A DNA stretch of 64,000 nt from Blastocystis sp. Blastoise (taxonomy: Eukaryota > Protista > Bigyra: Opalinata), in NCBI GenBank assembly GCA_039096225.1, contig JBBPEB010000015.1, forward strand, positions 1,426,001 through 1,490,000, given 5' to 3'. Position 1 is the stretch's first letter, and the number at the start of each line of letters is the position of its first letter. The notes under the pieces are model-generated. The model was not told the origin of the DNA and made no database searches. It saw only the letters and a program-made list of their open reading frames with translations. Below are positions 26,720 to 41,690 of this stretch, piece by piece. The position numbers and the translations under genes are program-made.

Positions 26720-27429
26720 CGTATAACATATCTTCATTGTTACAGTTAAGTTCTACAACTCTACCTTTTTCAACACCATCATGATAACGGATAAGAGTAG
26801 GAATCGATTGAAGTTTAATAAGAGGATTTACTCTGTAAGCATGTTCAGGATGTCCCTATATAAATATAAAGGTTAATAAAATATAGATGATCTAATTTAA
26901 AATAGAAATAAAACATAAATATATATATATATATACTTTATATTCATCTCTAATACAAGTGCAAACTAAAACTTTGATATTTTCTTGATCATCAAGGAAA
27001 GAATCAATGTTATGTTCACATTTTTCTATATTATAGAATATAATTAATATAATAATGAAAAGAAACTTGTAAAAAAAAATAGTATTATAAAAAGAAAAAC
27101 TAAAAATGAATTTTTAAATATTCATACATGCAATCAGGACACCTATATAAGACATATTATGAATATATGAATAAAATAAAAGAGTAAATTAAAAAAAGAA
27201 ATGAAGAAAAAAAAATTATGACAAAAAAAAACAAAATTATTGCAAAAAAAAACTTACCAAGATTTACCAGTAGATTCTTCAATAGCACCAGTGAATAAAC
27301 AATATAATTCACCTTCCTTTTGAGCTTCAAAAGCAGCAGCGAAATCAGCAGTATTTCTTATAACAGTAATAGGGTATCTATATATATATATAAGATACGA
27401 ATGACATGTATCATTTACTTTCTAGCCAT
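26703..27429 (-). CDS. TXNDC17: Thioredoxin-like TRP14/TXNDC17 (DUF953) protein; active site on a 15-nt micro-exon; apparent 1-nt frame conflict
   Basis: LFTGA..STGKSWCPDC, HAYRVNPLIKLQSIPTLIRY, GRVVE. Confidence 0.85.
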
Positions 27430-28271
27430 GCCAATATGGAAATATTCAAATTAATTAAAAATGCAAATAAAGAGAAATGAATAACCTATCATCTACGTCT
27501 CTGCTACCAAATGACCCTAAAAATGATTCTTTTAGAGGTTTTTTTCTGGAATAAATAAAAAGTTTCCACGATTCTTGTTTTGAAGATAAACATAAGTTTT
27601 TCTTATTTCTTATCATTTCGAATAAAACAAGGACTGGACTTATTTTATTCATTCTATTATGTGTTCTTAATGCAAAGCATGACAGGCTGTGTGATACATT
27701 TTTATGTTGTATAGTATTCATTGATTATCATCAAGTATTTCGAGTTATTATTAGTGAACAATTTAAATCATAAGGATATTATATAGCATAGAATTTGAAG
27801 ATCACAAACATATCGATAAAGATGAATATATACATTACTTAATATTTTTTTTGTGTTTTATGTAAAACTAATAAAAATTAGCAATGCTGCTGATAAGACA
27901 AAGTTATATCATTTGATAATTTCATACATGACTAGCTTTATTAAGATAATATTTTTAATAATCAATGAATTCGGTTAGTATTAGTAGAATATCATGAGAT
28001 TGATCGTTTAAAAAGAAAGTTAACTCGTGTATCTCATTATATTTTTGTCTTTTACTTCACAATATTGTAAAAAAACATTAAAAAATGAAAAATTAAAAAA
28101 TGAAAAATAAAAAACAGAATTCTTCAGTTTCTTGATGCATTGAATCCTGGGAAAAATGGTTTCATGCCACTTTTTTTTATACAGAATTAATAAAGAAGAC
28201 TTTGGTTTGTTTGTTCTTTATTTCATTAAATTTTAATATATATTTATTGAAAAACTTACAAAGAAAACAAA

Positions 28272-28695
28272 ATGTGGGGATTTTTACGAATGCCTAGTGA
28301 AGATAAATCGAAATCCAATTCGATTGAAAAAGAAGATGATGATCTCTTTCCTGAGGAAGAAGGAAATGCTTTCGGAATAGATGATGGTATTTATTTTTAT
28401 TTTTAAATAGTGATTACAATGTTTTAGATTTGGATTTAGATGATATAGATATTAATTCTAAACAAACAACTTCAGATCTGACTCCTAAGAAATCTGAAGT
28501 ATCTTCAACTTCAGATTCTAAGCAAACATCAACATCTACAAAAGAATCACTTCCAACACATTCTGGTACTGATATAGAAAATGAATATGTAGAATTATTA
28601 GCTCAGAAAACTGATCAGATTCGATCTCTTAGTATTGAACTTCAGAAAATTAAGGAACATGTATATTTTATGAATCATTATCATTCTCTTTAATA

Positions 28696-28729
<34 letters not shown>

Positions 28730-31700
28730 ATAATAATAAATATTTCTAGAATGATACATTAACAAATCAAATGAATCATTATGAATCACAGATATCGAAT
28801 ATTGAAAATGAAAAGGAAACTATAAAGAATAATAATGATCGAATCATTTCAAAACTTCGATTAGAAAATAGTAATTTACAAAAGAAATTAGCAACAAAAA
28901 CAACTACTTGTATATATATATATATATATTAATTAATTATATATATTCATGGTATTTATATATAATATATAGCTTCTACTGATGATTTTTTCAATTTTAA
29001 TCCTGCTGTAAGTATTGGATAGTATTATATTATTATATATTATTATATATTATTATATATTATTATATTTTATTATATATTATTATATTTTATTATATTT
29101 TATTATATTTTATTATATTTTATTATATTTTATTATATTTTATTATATTTTATTATATTTTATTATATTTTATTATATTTTATTATATTTTATTATATTT
29201 GTTGAATTTAAAAAGGATAACTCTATATATATGTTTATCTTATTCTAGGTAGATGAGATGAAAGCTGAGCTTCAAAAGTATAAGGATGCACTTCAAAAGG
29301 CTGATAAGATGAGAACAGAATATAAACAGCTAAAAGAGAAATATCAACGTACTTTCCAAGGAGTATATATATTATTATTATTATTATTATAATTTATATA
29401 ATAATAATAATAATTTATATAATAATAATATATAAACTCTATAGACAGTTCAAGATAAGGCAAAGATAGTAGATTTACAATATCGTATTCAGGAATATGA
29501 AGACGAATTTAATTCAGATCCAAATCTTATCGATCAACGTATTAAAGAACATATTCAAACTATTGGATCTCTTAAAGAACAAGTATATATATTATCTATC
29601 ATCTAAAGTTATTCATTTAAATTCTATAATATATATAAATTCTTTCCATTTCTATTATGTTTATAATCAATTATATATATTATATATACTACTTATATTA
29701 TTCTTTTAGTTATTCCAAGAAAGTGAATTACGTAAAAAACTTGAAGAAGAATCCAAAAATTCTACTTCTACTTCTTCTTCTTCTACTTCTGATAATTCTA
29801 AGAAATTAGAGGAATATACTCAACAAATACAAACACTTGAAAATGATTTAAATAAGAAATCTACTGAAATAACATCATTAACTGAATCTTATGAGAATGA
29901 AAAGAAGATGAAAGAACAATCAATTACTTCTTTAGAATCTACTGTAAGTACACTTCGTAATACTATACAAGATCTTCAATCACAAGTTATGAATTTATCT
30001 GAAGAAAATAATAAACTTCAAGTATCATCCTCCACACCTGAATCAACTAATACAATTGATATTCAACAGAATGAAGAATATAAATCATTAGAAACACGTT
30101 ATAACACATTGAATACAACTTATTCAGATCTTATGAAGTCTATGAAACAACTTGAAGAGAATTATAATCATATAAATCAAGAAAAAGAGAGTATTCAACA
30201 TGATTATGATGTATATAAAGATCAATTTACTGTTGTAGAAAAAGAAAAAGAAGATTCTGAATTACGTTGTCAATCTCTTTTAGAAGAACAAAAGAATCAA
30301 TTAAATGATTTTAATAAACAAAAACAAATATTAGAAGAAAAATTAACATTAATTGAATCTCAAAAAGTCACTATACAATCCTATATAGACAAAGAAACAG
30401 AACTATCATCTCAATTTACATCGCTTCAACAGAATTATAATACTTTAAAACAAGCATCTGAAGGAAATAATGAATTGAATAAACAATATATATCTCTTCA
30501 AGAAGAAAAAGATCAATTATCTTCTCAATGTTCTACTTTAGAAAATCAATTACAAATACAAATATCTCAAGTTTCTTCACTTGAAGAGAAGAACAAACAA
30601 TTAATTGACTCGCAACAAGAATATACTACCCTTCAAGAATCTTTAGAAACCTTAAAGAAGACTTATAATGATGAATGTGAGAGAAATACTACTCTTAATG
30701 AGACATGTAAACAATTAGAACAAGAATTGAATACTCTTTCTGCTACAAAGGAAGATATGGAGAATAAACTTCATGGATATGAAGAAGAATTAAAAGATCT
30801 TCAAGCAACTAATGAATTATTGACACGTGAGCGTCGAGTATCTTCACGTCATAGTAGTGAAGATCATACAAATGATACTATAAAGAATAAATTAATCGAG
30901 ATGGAAGAATTAGTAAATGCAAAGAATGAGACAATAGTTCATCTTCAGGAAGAAAAGGAAAAGATACAGAAAGAGAAAGAAATACTTCAATCTACTTTTG
31001 ATTCTTATAAGGAAACTAGTGAAAAGAATAACGTATCATTAGATTCATTTAATACTATGAAAGAAAAATATCAGAAACAAATAGAATCTATAGAAATAGA
31101 ATCTGATCAATTAGCTGATATGATTGATAAAGAGAAAGAACAAAATAAAAAGTATATAAAAGAAATTGATGGATTACAAAAAGCAAATCAAATTCTTACT
31201 ACAGAACGTAGTGAGATTGGCAAAGCATATGATATGTTAGAAGAAGAACATGAACAATTATTAAAAACACAGGAAACTATGAAAGTTTCTTTAGAAACAT
31301 TGAAGAAAGAAAAAAATAATTTAATGAAATCTCTTGATGATAATAAAATGATTACTAAAGATATTGAAGAATATAAACAATTACTTCAATCTAAAGAAGA
31401 TGAACTTGCTGTTCAAATAACTAAAGTACGTGATCAAGAAGAAGAAATACAAAAACTTAATATTCAAAATGAGGAACAGGAAAAACAATGGAATATAATT
31501 ATATCTAAGAAAGATGATGAATTAAATGAATTAAAAACTTCTCATGATTCACTTTTAGAAACACAAAAGAATATTTTAGAAGAGAAACAGAAATTAGAAG
31601 AATCCTTAAAAGATTCTTTATCTAAAGTATCTGAAGAGGAAATAGCATCAATTATGAATAAGAATACAGAGATAGTTCATGCTTTAGAAGAAGAGAAGAA

Positions 31701-33678
31701 TCAGATGATGAGTTCACTTACTGCTAAAGATACGAAGATACATGAAATGGATACTATTATCCAAGAGAATGAATCTCTTATTATGAACTTAAAGAAAGAA
31801 AAAGAAGAATTAGTATCAGTATTAGATACAAAGGAGAAAGAGAAACAAAATAATGAAATAGTATATAATACTACTATTCATGATAAAGAAAAATCTATTG
31901 AAGAATTAACTACTGCTTTATTAAAGAAACAGGCTGAATTGAAGAGTGAAGTTGAATTGAGTACTAAGAAAGAACAGAATTTTATAAAGCAAATGAAAGA
32001 GAATGAGGATCAATATAAACAACAACTAAAACAATTAAATCAGAAATTAGAATCTACAATATCCGAATGTAATAATGTTATTAATAAAGAAAGAGATGAA
32101 ATAGAGAAGAAAAAGAAGGATTATGAAGAAGAAATATCTCGTATACGTGCTACATGTAATAATCAATTAAGTAAAGTAAATCAAGGAGAACAACAATTAC
32201 ATAATGAAATTACACGTTTAACAGAAATTAATAGTAAATATAATTATGATATTCGTTCTTTAAATGAGAATATCAAAGATATTACTCAGAAATATACAGA
32301 GGCTCATCAAGAACAAGAAGGATTAAAGAGTCAATTAATAGAATTACAACAGAAATATGAACAGATTGAGAAGGAATATACTGATCTTCAAGATATTGAT
32401 GTAGATTTGAAACAGGAGAAGGAAAAGATATTGAAGGAAAAAGATACTCTAGTTAATCAATTAAAGCAACAAGTATATATGAATAATAATAATATACTAT
32501 GAATTCACTATCTATTTTATTATTTTTTGCTTATTATATACTATATAGGTAGATTCTCTTACTACAGAGCATGCGTCATTAGCTTCGTCATTAGAAGAAA
32601 AGAATACTATTGTAAATTCTCAAATTAATGAAATTAATGAACTGAAACTAACACAAGCTAAGCTTGTCTCTGATATAACAACTCAAAAGACAACAGTTTC
32701 TCAATTAAATAATCAAATACAATCTTTAAGTCAAAAGAATGAATCTATACAAGTGATTAATACTAATGAAGAAGAACGAAAACGTAAATTTAAGTTAATT
32801 CAAGTTAAATATGAAAAGGAGAATAATGAATTAAAGAAACAAATTGAAGATTTGAAGTCACAATTATTAAATGCATCATCATCAAAAACTTCTGAACAAG
32901 ATAAGACTATGATTCAACAATTAACTCAACAAATAACTGATCTTCAAAGTGTTATTTATACGTATAAGACTGCTGAAGCACATGTTCAAGAGATCGAGTC
33001 ACGTGAGACTAGTTGGATTATGGAGAAAGAGCAGATGACAAAGACATTAGCTATTAATAAGACTACTATTGATGAATCTCAACATAAAGTATCAGAACTT
33101 CAAGAAATGTATACTGTTATTATATATATATTCATATTCACATGTTTTATTATTATAATTATATTTGCTATTATTATTCTACGTTTATTTCTTAGTGATA
33201 CTATTACATAATATCATATATATATAGTATTACAAAACAGAATGAAGAATTAAAGAAATATACTCTTCAAGAGACTCCTGGAACATCAACACCTACAAAT
33301 AAAGATCTCCTTGAAGATCTATCTAATGAAAATACACAATTAAAATCACTTATTGAGTCCCTTCAAAAGAATAATGTTCGTTATGTCAATGAAAATAGCT
33401 CACTCACAACGAAAAACACGAATTTACAACGTGAAGTTGATGATCTTAATGATAAAATAGCTACTATTGCTTCTCAACCAGTTCAAAAAGAAACTGATAT
33501 TGAAATAGGATCCTTTGTTGATTATAAAGATCATGCACCAACACTCTCTACTCAACTGAATAATATGGTTAAAGAAGTATCACGTGCACTCAGTAAAATG
33601 TCACCTGTCGTTAAATATGCACTTCTTGGATATTTTGTGGCATTACATCTCCTTATATTACTTCTTATGTTTATTTAA
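28272..33678 (+). CDS. Long coiled-coil tail-anchored golgin (golgin-84/CASP/giantin-type TM)
   Basis: Well over 1000 aa of E/K/Q heptads, ending SPVVKYALLGYFVALHLLILLLMFI* with the family's TM Tyr/His. Confidence 0.8.
29022..29200. repeat. Intronic 10-mer repeat (tattatattt)n
   Basis: Directly visible in a golgin intron. Confidence 0.9.
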
Positions 33679-34108
33679 TTATTCTTTTATATATATATAT
33701 ATTTCTTAGTCTTCTTAATCTTTTTATTTAATATTTCTTTTTTATAATTATTTCTGTTATTCTTTTTTGATGGATCAATCATCTATATATATACATCTTT
33801 ATATTATTATCAATCGTTGTTGAATATTTTTATTACATATCTAATAAATAATTATCTATTCTCATTTCTTTTACTCTTGTAAATTTTTCATATTTTCATT
33901 TTTTTTCTTGACTTCTCTTTTATTAAAGTAAAATTGTTATAATTTATTATTTGTTTTCAATTTGTTGGTTAAAAAATTAATTAAATATATATTTATGAAT
34001 TCTTATAAACAATAGGATTCACAAATCATTCAAATGAATCATTAAGATAAACATATAACATCAATAACTATTCTATAGAAACAAATAAAAGACTAACAAA
34101 CAGCATTA

Positions 34109-35458
34109 TTATTTAGATAAATCTTTGATAAGCACAGTATATGGATCTTTCTCTGCTCCTAAAGGATAATGACAAACACTACATTTATGAAACCTAAAGA
34201 AAAACAATGAATTATATATTTTTATTTATATTTATAATTATATTTATAAACGTAATATTTAATCATTAATCATAAAATAGAGAAATGAATACGCTTTCTT
34301 TCCATTATCGCTAACTAAACTATAAATGCCTCTAGTCATAAATTTTCCAAATGTGATTCTAAAATCTACTTTCGACAGTGTATTCTTATGGCAATTTGAA
34401 CACCAACTTAGTACTTGTCTATATAATCATAATATATTATGAATAATATCATAAATATAAAATAAATATAATAGAATTATAATAAACAATACAGAATACA
34501 TAAAAAAATGTATATATTGACAACAATAATAATATAAACAAAAAACTAATAATGTGTCAATTAATATCTATATAATAATATATATACTCTCTTCCTAGAA
34601 TTCTTTTTAAAAGTACATATTGTTCTGTAGGAGGAAGACGATTATCTATAAATGGAAGAACATCCTTTTTATTTAATAATATCTTAAAGAATTTATTTGT
34701 TTTTGTACTTAGTTGATTCACATTTACTAGGGGTATCTGACCAAAAAGAGGGTGAACTAATGTATTATTTTGAATATAAGGTTGAAACATAGGAGAAACT
34801 GTATTGATATATTGATTATTAATCTCTTGAGGAATCATAGCTGTAGGAATCGATTGTTGATATGTTGGAGGAGCTAGAGTAGCAGTAGGAATAGACAGTA
34901 TATCTGAAGATGAAGATATTACTATATGAGAGGAATCAGTTGAATTATTTAAAAATGTTCTAGAATCAAAAGGTTCAGATACAGTCACATAAGAAGATGA
35001 CTGAACAGAAGGAGCTGATTGTAATGTTGTTGTAGTTGATGCTACAACAGGCATTTTTTCTATTCGTATATCATTAGCTGTTTCCGATAAATCTGATGAT
35101 TTCTGGGAATTCTTATCTTGATATAAAGGAATCTGATGAACTGAATTATTTTGATTGGTTTCAATAACAACAGGTTGTTGAGGAGGAGTAATTAACGGTT
35201 GAATTGGTATATTTTTAGGATTATCCATAGGAAGAACATCTACATGTGGAAATATCGGCTGGATATCATTCACAGAATCATTTTGAGTATTTGGAGCAGT
35301 TAGAGGAATTGCTTCAACTGGAATAACTTCCACACCTTGATAACTACTGACTGCAGAAATGGATTGTCTATTTTGATTAGATACAGTCACAGGTTGAATT
35401 GGTATTATATCTTTAAAGATATATATATATGATTCATAAAGAACAAACCTGATTGCAT
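34109..35458 (-). CDS. LITAF-like zinc-ribbon protein with long P/Q/S N-terminus (PPTY motif) and reduced hydrophobic segment
   Basis: Spliced sequence WCSNC...AFHKCSVCHYPLG. Confidence 0.75.
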
Positions 35459-35946
35459 TCTTTGCGTATTAAAATGTGTTTTAAAAGAGTGTTCAACTAG
35501 AATAAATATGAAAAAAACATAAACTTTTTTTTTTGAAAATGTGTCCAGTTTCATCTCATTCGAAAAAACTATTATTGATTGAATAAAATATCTTCATATT
35601 CAAATAGGAACATAGAGCTATTAAAATAATGCTTTGATTTAAAAAAACTAAAAAAAAAGTAAAAAGTAAAAACAAAATTGTAAGTTTTTATACATAGGTC
35701 ATGCTTGTTTAATAATGGTATGCTCTTAAATGTTTCCTTAAAACTAAATTAAAGATAAATATCATAATTGAATCAATAATAATGGATAAACTCTCTTTTA
35801 CAAAATAAAAACAGAAGTAAACAAAAGAATCTTGGGAATCGCATTTTATTGCCTATTTTTCATGAATAATCAGAGGAAAAGCGAATGACCATTTTTTGTT
35901 TTATTTTCATTAAAAGACTTGATATATAGTTTTTATTATTGAGATT

Positions 35947-38900
35947 ATGATCACTTTATTGTATTCTGTTGTCAGTTATTTGATTATAGCAGGAATCTAT
36001 GCCTATTACCGTAATCAATATACTGATCTACTTGATGTTGTGACTCGAATGACTGATTCGACGGCTTCACTCATTGTAACAATAATTAAAACATCATTTA
36101 GATAATATATTTGCTTATATAGGCTCTTTGTAATTGTGGACTTGTGACTTTCTTTTTGATTCTGAAGTTATTTCAATTGATATATATTGGAAAAATGAAT
36201 GATCAAGAGAAAGAAAACTTCAATTCATCGCTGAAGTATATCTAATTATTAAAATTATTGTTTTTATTCTCATTAGGAAAGAACTCGGTCGTCTTATGAT
36301 TATATTCATGCTTATGACACGTTCGTTATCTGTTGTTTATGTATTCCCTATAGCTCTCTGTATATTCAACAAATATATGATCTCTATGTTATATTGTCGT
36401 GTGGAAACTGTATTTATTGATTCTTTTATTTTATATTTTTGATTATTAATATTTATATTTCTTATTACCATATCTATATAATTATGTTATGATGATCATA
36501 TATATTAATCACATAAATAATAGTATTATTCTATTATATACTTATTTATGACTATATAGTTTGGAATGATTCGTGTTTCTTATTTCTCTCTCTTTCGTAC
36601 TTTAGTATTTGGACAATTTATTCTCTGGTTTAATCTTATATTTATATATGGAAATTGTCTTAAATATAGTATTTATATGGATGATATTGATACTATGGAA
36701 TTATTCTTCTTAAATCAAGTATATACATTATAGTATCAACTTAATATATATATAGTATTTCCTATATTTTGTTGAAGGTTTCTTTTTATGTTTAAACATA
36801 CTTCTCATTGCACTCAATTATATGAATGTTGTATATATATATTATAAACTAGTGATTATAGATAAATATGTTATATTGTATTTTCTTTCATTTATATGTT
36901 ATTTATATATATAGGTATCTATTCATAATGTTTCCTTTGTCAGTCTTCTCTTCAAATGCTCCGAAAAAGCTATCATTCTCTTTGTTTATGTTATATATAT
37001 ATAGATTTTATTTATATATATATGTATAGTGTTTCTTTTTATTTAATATTTCTTATATATATAGATATATATGTTGTTAACTTCTATTGGGTCGTACAGT
37101 GAACTATTAGCTTATCCACAAATGGAAATCATGTTCACATTTAGTGTATATTTTTATTTTTATTTTTATATTTATTTTTATATTTATTTTTATTTTTATA
37201 TATTTTTATTTTTATTTTTATTTTTATTTTTATGTTTATATATTTTTATTTATATTCATATTTATATATTTTTATTTATATTCATATTTATATATCTTTA
37301 TTTATATTCATCTATATAAATATATGATTATTTTATCATTTCTCCTTTTAGGAATTAAATAATTATCGTAATAAAATCAGTGTATATATGACTCTTCGAA
37401 ACCGTATTCAAACAGCATTCCCAACGGCAACAGAAGCACAAATACAAAATGACAACATGTGCGTCATTTGTCGTGATGATATGATTGCCGAAGAAGCTAT
37501 TGTGTTACCCTGTGGTCATATTTTCCATGTAGATTGCATCAAAACATGGATTCTTGAACATAGTGTATATATATATATATACTTATATTCATCTACATCT
37601 CCTATAATTATTATTCTATAAAGTATTCTATAAATATCATTTTTCTTTCCTTTCCTTTTTATTTATTAATATATATATATAGACTTGTCCTACATGTCGT
37701 TTCAATCTGTTAGATCCTTTGACGAATAACGCAGCCCCTCGTCACAACATGAATCCCCCCAATCCCCCTGCTGATGCCAATCCTCTCCCTCCTCCTCTCC
37801 CTGATAATGCTCCTATCCCGCCACCTCTTCCCGCCTCTCCCTCGAATAATATGGATACAACATTACCTACTCCTTCTCCTTCTTCTTCTTCTCATCCTCA
37901 ACAATCTATACATAGTATGACAGGTAGAGATATTCCTTATAATAATACAGATTCTCTATATCAATATACTAGTGAAGATGAACCCTTCTTAAAACCTCTC
38001 TCTCCTACAACTGCAGTGGAACAACTAAATAAAATTAGTGATGAAGAACTAGAAAAGATATTAAGAACTATGTCACCCGATGAATATATTATTCGAATGA
38101 AACTGTTGATGAATTATTATCAGAAATATAATGAATATGTTGTTCAGTATGATCAGTATTATCGTGATTATCTTGAAGCATATTATAGTTATTTAATAGA
38201 TTATCTTTCATTCTTCAATAAGGATCTAGATAATCTCCCTGATGAGCCATGTACTGATCTTCCTGCTCCTATTCCTTTCTCTTTCACTCCTTCTACATCC
38301 AATCCATTCGCTAATAACCCTCTACCTACTGCTCAATCTCTTAAGAATCATTCCTCGAAATCTCCTTCTCCTCCTCCTCTTTCTACTATATTTAATAATC
38401 AATCTATACCCTCTATGAATAACTTTGATGGAAATACAAAACCTTCGCAATCAACCACTCTCTCTTCTATAGATAATAATAATAATAATGATGTTATTCC
38501 TATAAATAGCACTACTATATCTCCTTCATTGTCTTTTACTAATAACACAAATATATCTTCCCCAATGTATCCCATGAATATTACTACTTTAGATAAACTT
38601 AAAGAAGAACAGAATACTAAAGAAAGCCAGTCTAAACAATTAAATACATCCTTTGAGAAGTCTACTATTTCTTGTTCTAATACTTCTATTCCTAGCATGT
38701 CTTCTCCTTCCCTTATTAGTGGTATTCAGTCATCACCTACTTTAATAAAATCATCTCAATCACATAATACCATATCAACTACGAATAATAATACTATTCC
38801 TACTAATACTACTGTTATTCCTGTCAATGATAACAATACATCTACTTCTCCTTCTTCTACTACTATTGCTACTACAAATATATTAGGTAAATCTCTCTCT

Positions 38901-39332
38901 ATGTCTATATCTTCATCTCAACATCCTATACTACATTCAAGTCTCTCTACTCCTCCTAACACATCATTTGTGGATAAATATAAACAAGCACAACAAGCAT
39001 ATCAAGCTAAAACATCATCTACACCCAATTTGACTCGTACTCCTTCAATATCTCTTTCTACTTCTATTTCTCCTCTTCCTACGGCATCATCACCAAATGA
39101 CATACTTCGAACTTCATCATCTACAATCTCTGAAAGTATTCTTTATATTATAATCATAATCATAATAATCATAATAATTATTATTATCATTCTATATTTA
39201 TTCTATATTATGACATATATAGGTGCTGAAATTCGTATGAAACGGTTGCAATATCTTGATTCTAAAGCTCTTAATGTTCAAAAAGGATTAACGGAAAAGA
39301 AAGAAACAGATAATTCTAAAGACTCCGAATAA
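35947..39332 (+). CDS. HRD1: HRD1/synoviolin-like ERAD RING-H2 E3 ligase
   Basis: Multiple N-terminal TMs; FPTATEAQI..DNMCVICRDDM..LPCGHIFHVDCIKTWILEHS|TCPTCR; Pro-rich tail; terminal EIRMKRLQYL. Confidence 0.8.
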
Positions 39333-40039
39333 TTCTTTTATATACTTTTATCCATTGTATCTCTTCTGTAATCTTCTATAGTTTTCAATGTTTTTAATTA
39401 TATTTGTTGTTCATGCAAATGTTTATTTATATATCTTTTCTAATATTTAAAATATATGTTGTATATTTGATTTATAATATTTATTACTTCATTTGTATTG
39501 TATCTTTTTTTTAAACTGATTGATATCAAAATAACTATTGAATGAGAACTATTTTTTTTTTCCAATTAATTCCATATATATATGATGGTAAAGAATAATT
39601 ATATAATAATTGCTTGATCATAATATATTAATAATTTATAATAATAACGAGAACACTATATATTTAAAAAAATTACGAAAAACAGTGTATTCTGACACAA
39701 AGAGATGAGCAACGATAGTAAAGAGTCGATATGATATGTTTCAGTATTAATATATTATTCCCAACATATATATATGCTATGAATAACAAAAATAATTACG
39801 CATCTCTTCAATACGATTTATAATCGACTTCAAACTCTATGATCTTTTGCTTTTAACATCTAATACTTGTTGTTCATCTACTCATTGACTTTATAAGTTT
39901 TCTAAAAGAAAAATAATGGATAAATAACAAAAACAAATTTTTTGGAAATTGAGTTTTGGGAAATAATGTTAAATCCAGCTTCATTTTATTTATTTTCGTA
40001 ATTGTTTTTCAAATTTCTTTTTTGTGTTAAATCTATTAG

Positions 40040-41600
40040 ATGAACGGGTCAATGATCAACTCAAGGTATATTTATAATAGACATGATTTAATTTGCAATG
40101 TAAACTTATTATTAGATCGAGGAGTGTATATCAATCTTCATATCAAGGACAATCTATGAATTCAAGAGACCACTCCTATTCGTATTCACAAAACAAGACT
40201 CCAGGAGTATATTTCTATCATTACTTTTATTTATAATATTATTTTTGAGCAATGTACACATTTTCTTTAGATATTTTTTTATTATTGAATAAAATATATA
40301 TTCAAATAATAACTCAATATTATACAAATACATTAATTTATTATTTTTTTCAAAATCTTAGTCATTAACTGTTATTTGTTATTATATATTATCATTCTAG
40401 AATTACTCATTATACAATACTGTGAATGCATATCCGAGTCCTTCTCAACATTCTAGTAGTTATGAAAAAGAGTTGTCTGGTAGTTTATATGGTTCAATTA
40501 GTGGATCTTTTAATGAAGGATCATTTCATCAGATTAAGCCTTCGGAAACCCAGATGAGTATGGCTGATTATTCTACTCAAGCAACACGTAACATCGATGC
40601 GGATGACATAGTTAAAGAACGTAGTCTACAGGAAACAGCTGATTTTCAATCGTATTCGAAAAAGGAACTTGTTTATTGGCAGAAAAAAACTGATTGTATA
40701 TCTTTTTTATATTCTTATATATATTTTTTATTATGATTTTATTATAAAAATATATAGTGTATTTCAATTATTATTATTTTTTTAATTATATTATTATTAA
40801 TTAAATATATTATTATTAATTAAATATAACTACTTTTTTGAAATCTTTATTCTATATATATGTATATATATATGTATTATATATAGCAAAAGGTATGACT
40901 TTTTATATTCATAAAATCACGGGGGAAGTCAGTTATGTTCGTCCGCCAGATGTTGATCCCACTCCCGAACGAAGAAACTATCTACATTGCCCAGATGATG
41001 TATATATATATATATATATTATATTGTTACTTATTAATATATATATATATATGATTTATTATATGTATTTATCTTTATAATGAATATAATATATAATATA
41101 TAATATATAATATAGGCATTAAGTGTAACTCAAGAGGAATCAGGACGAATTCTAAGTTTAAAAGAAAGATTTGCAGGTATATCTATATATATGTATATTA
41201 ACATATATATATATATATATATATATATAGATTTAACTCCAACTCATAATCTTGATGGGGAGCATGTCATATCGACGCAGCAAGCGGGAGGAACACTATT
41301 CCAAACCGAAGATATACTCAAACAGAAAGATATTAAATATATTGTTAAATGGAAAAAGAATTTTTTTATGTATTTATATAAATTATTATTATTATTATTT
41401 GATTTTTTAGTATATATGTATATATACAAATTTTTATTATATTATATTTTCTCTGTATATATATATAGTACAAAAGTATGTCGTCTCTTGGTATCCCCTT
41501 TAAATGCATGTATGGAATTAAAGAATAATAAAGTATATTATATTTATATATATAGAAAGGATTATAATATATTACTTATAATTATATATATCTTATTTAG

Positions 41601-41690
<90 letters not shown>

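Noticed and set aside
27455-27721. 88-aa ORF upstream of TXNDC17
   Set aside because: No recognisable motifs; it lies in a divergent promoter region and is probably spurious.
36978-37064. Possible third TT|ATATATAT AT-AG donor in the HRD1-like gene
   Set aside because: In-phase canonical GT donors (GTTTAT, GTTATA) lie immediately upstream, so a non-canonical site is not required.
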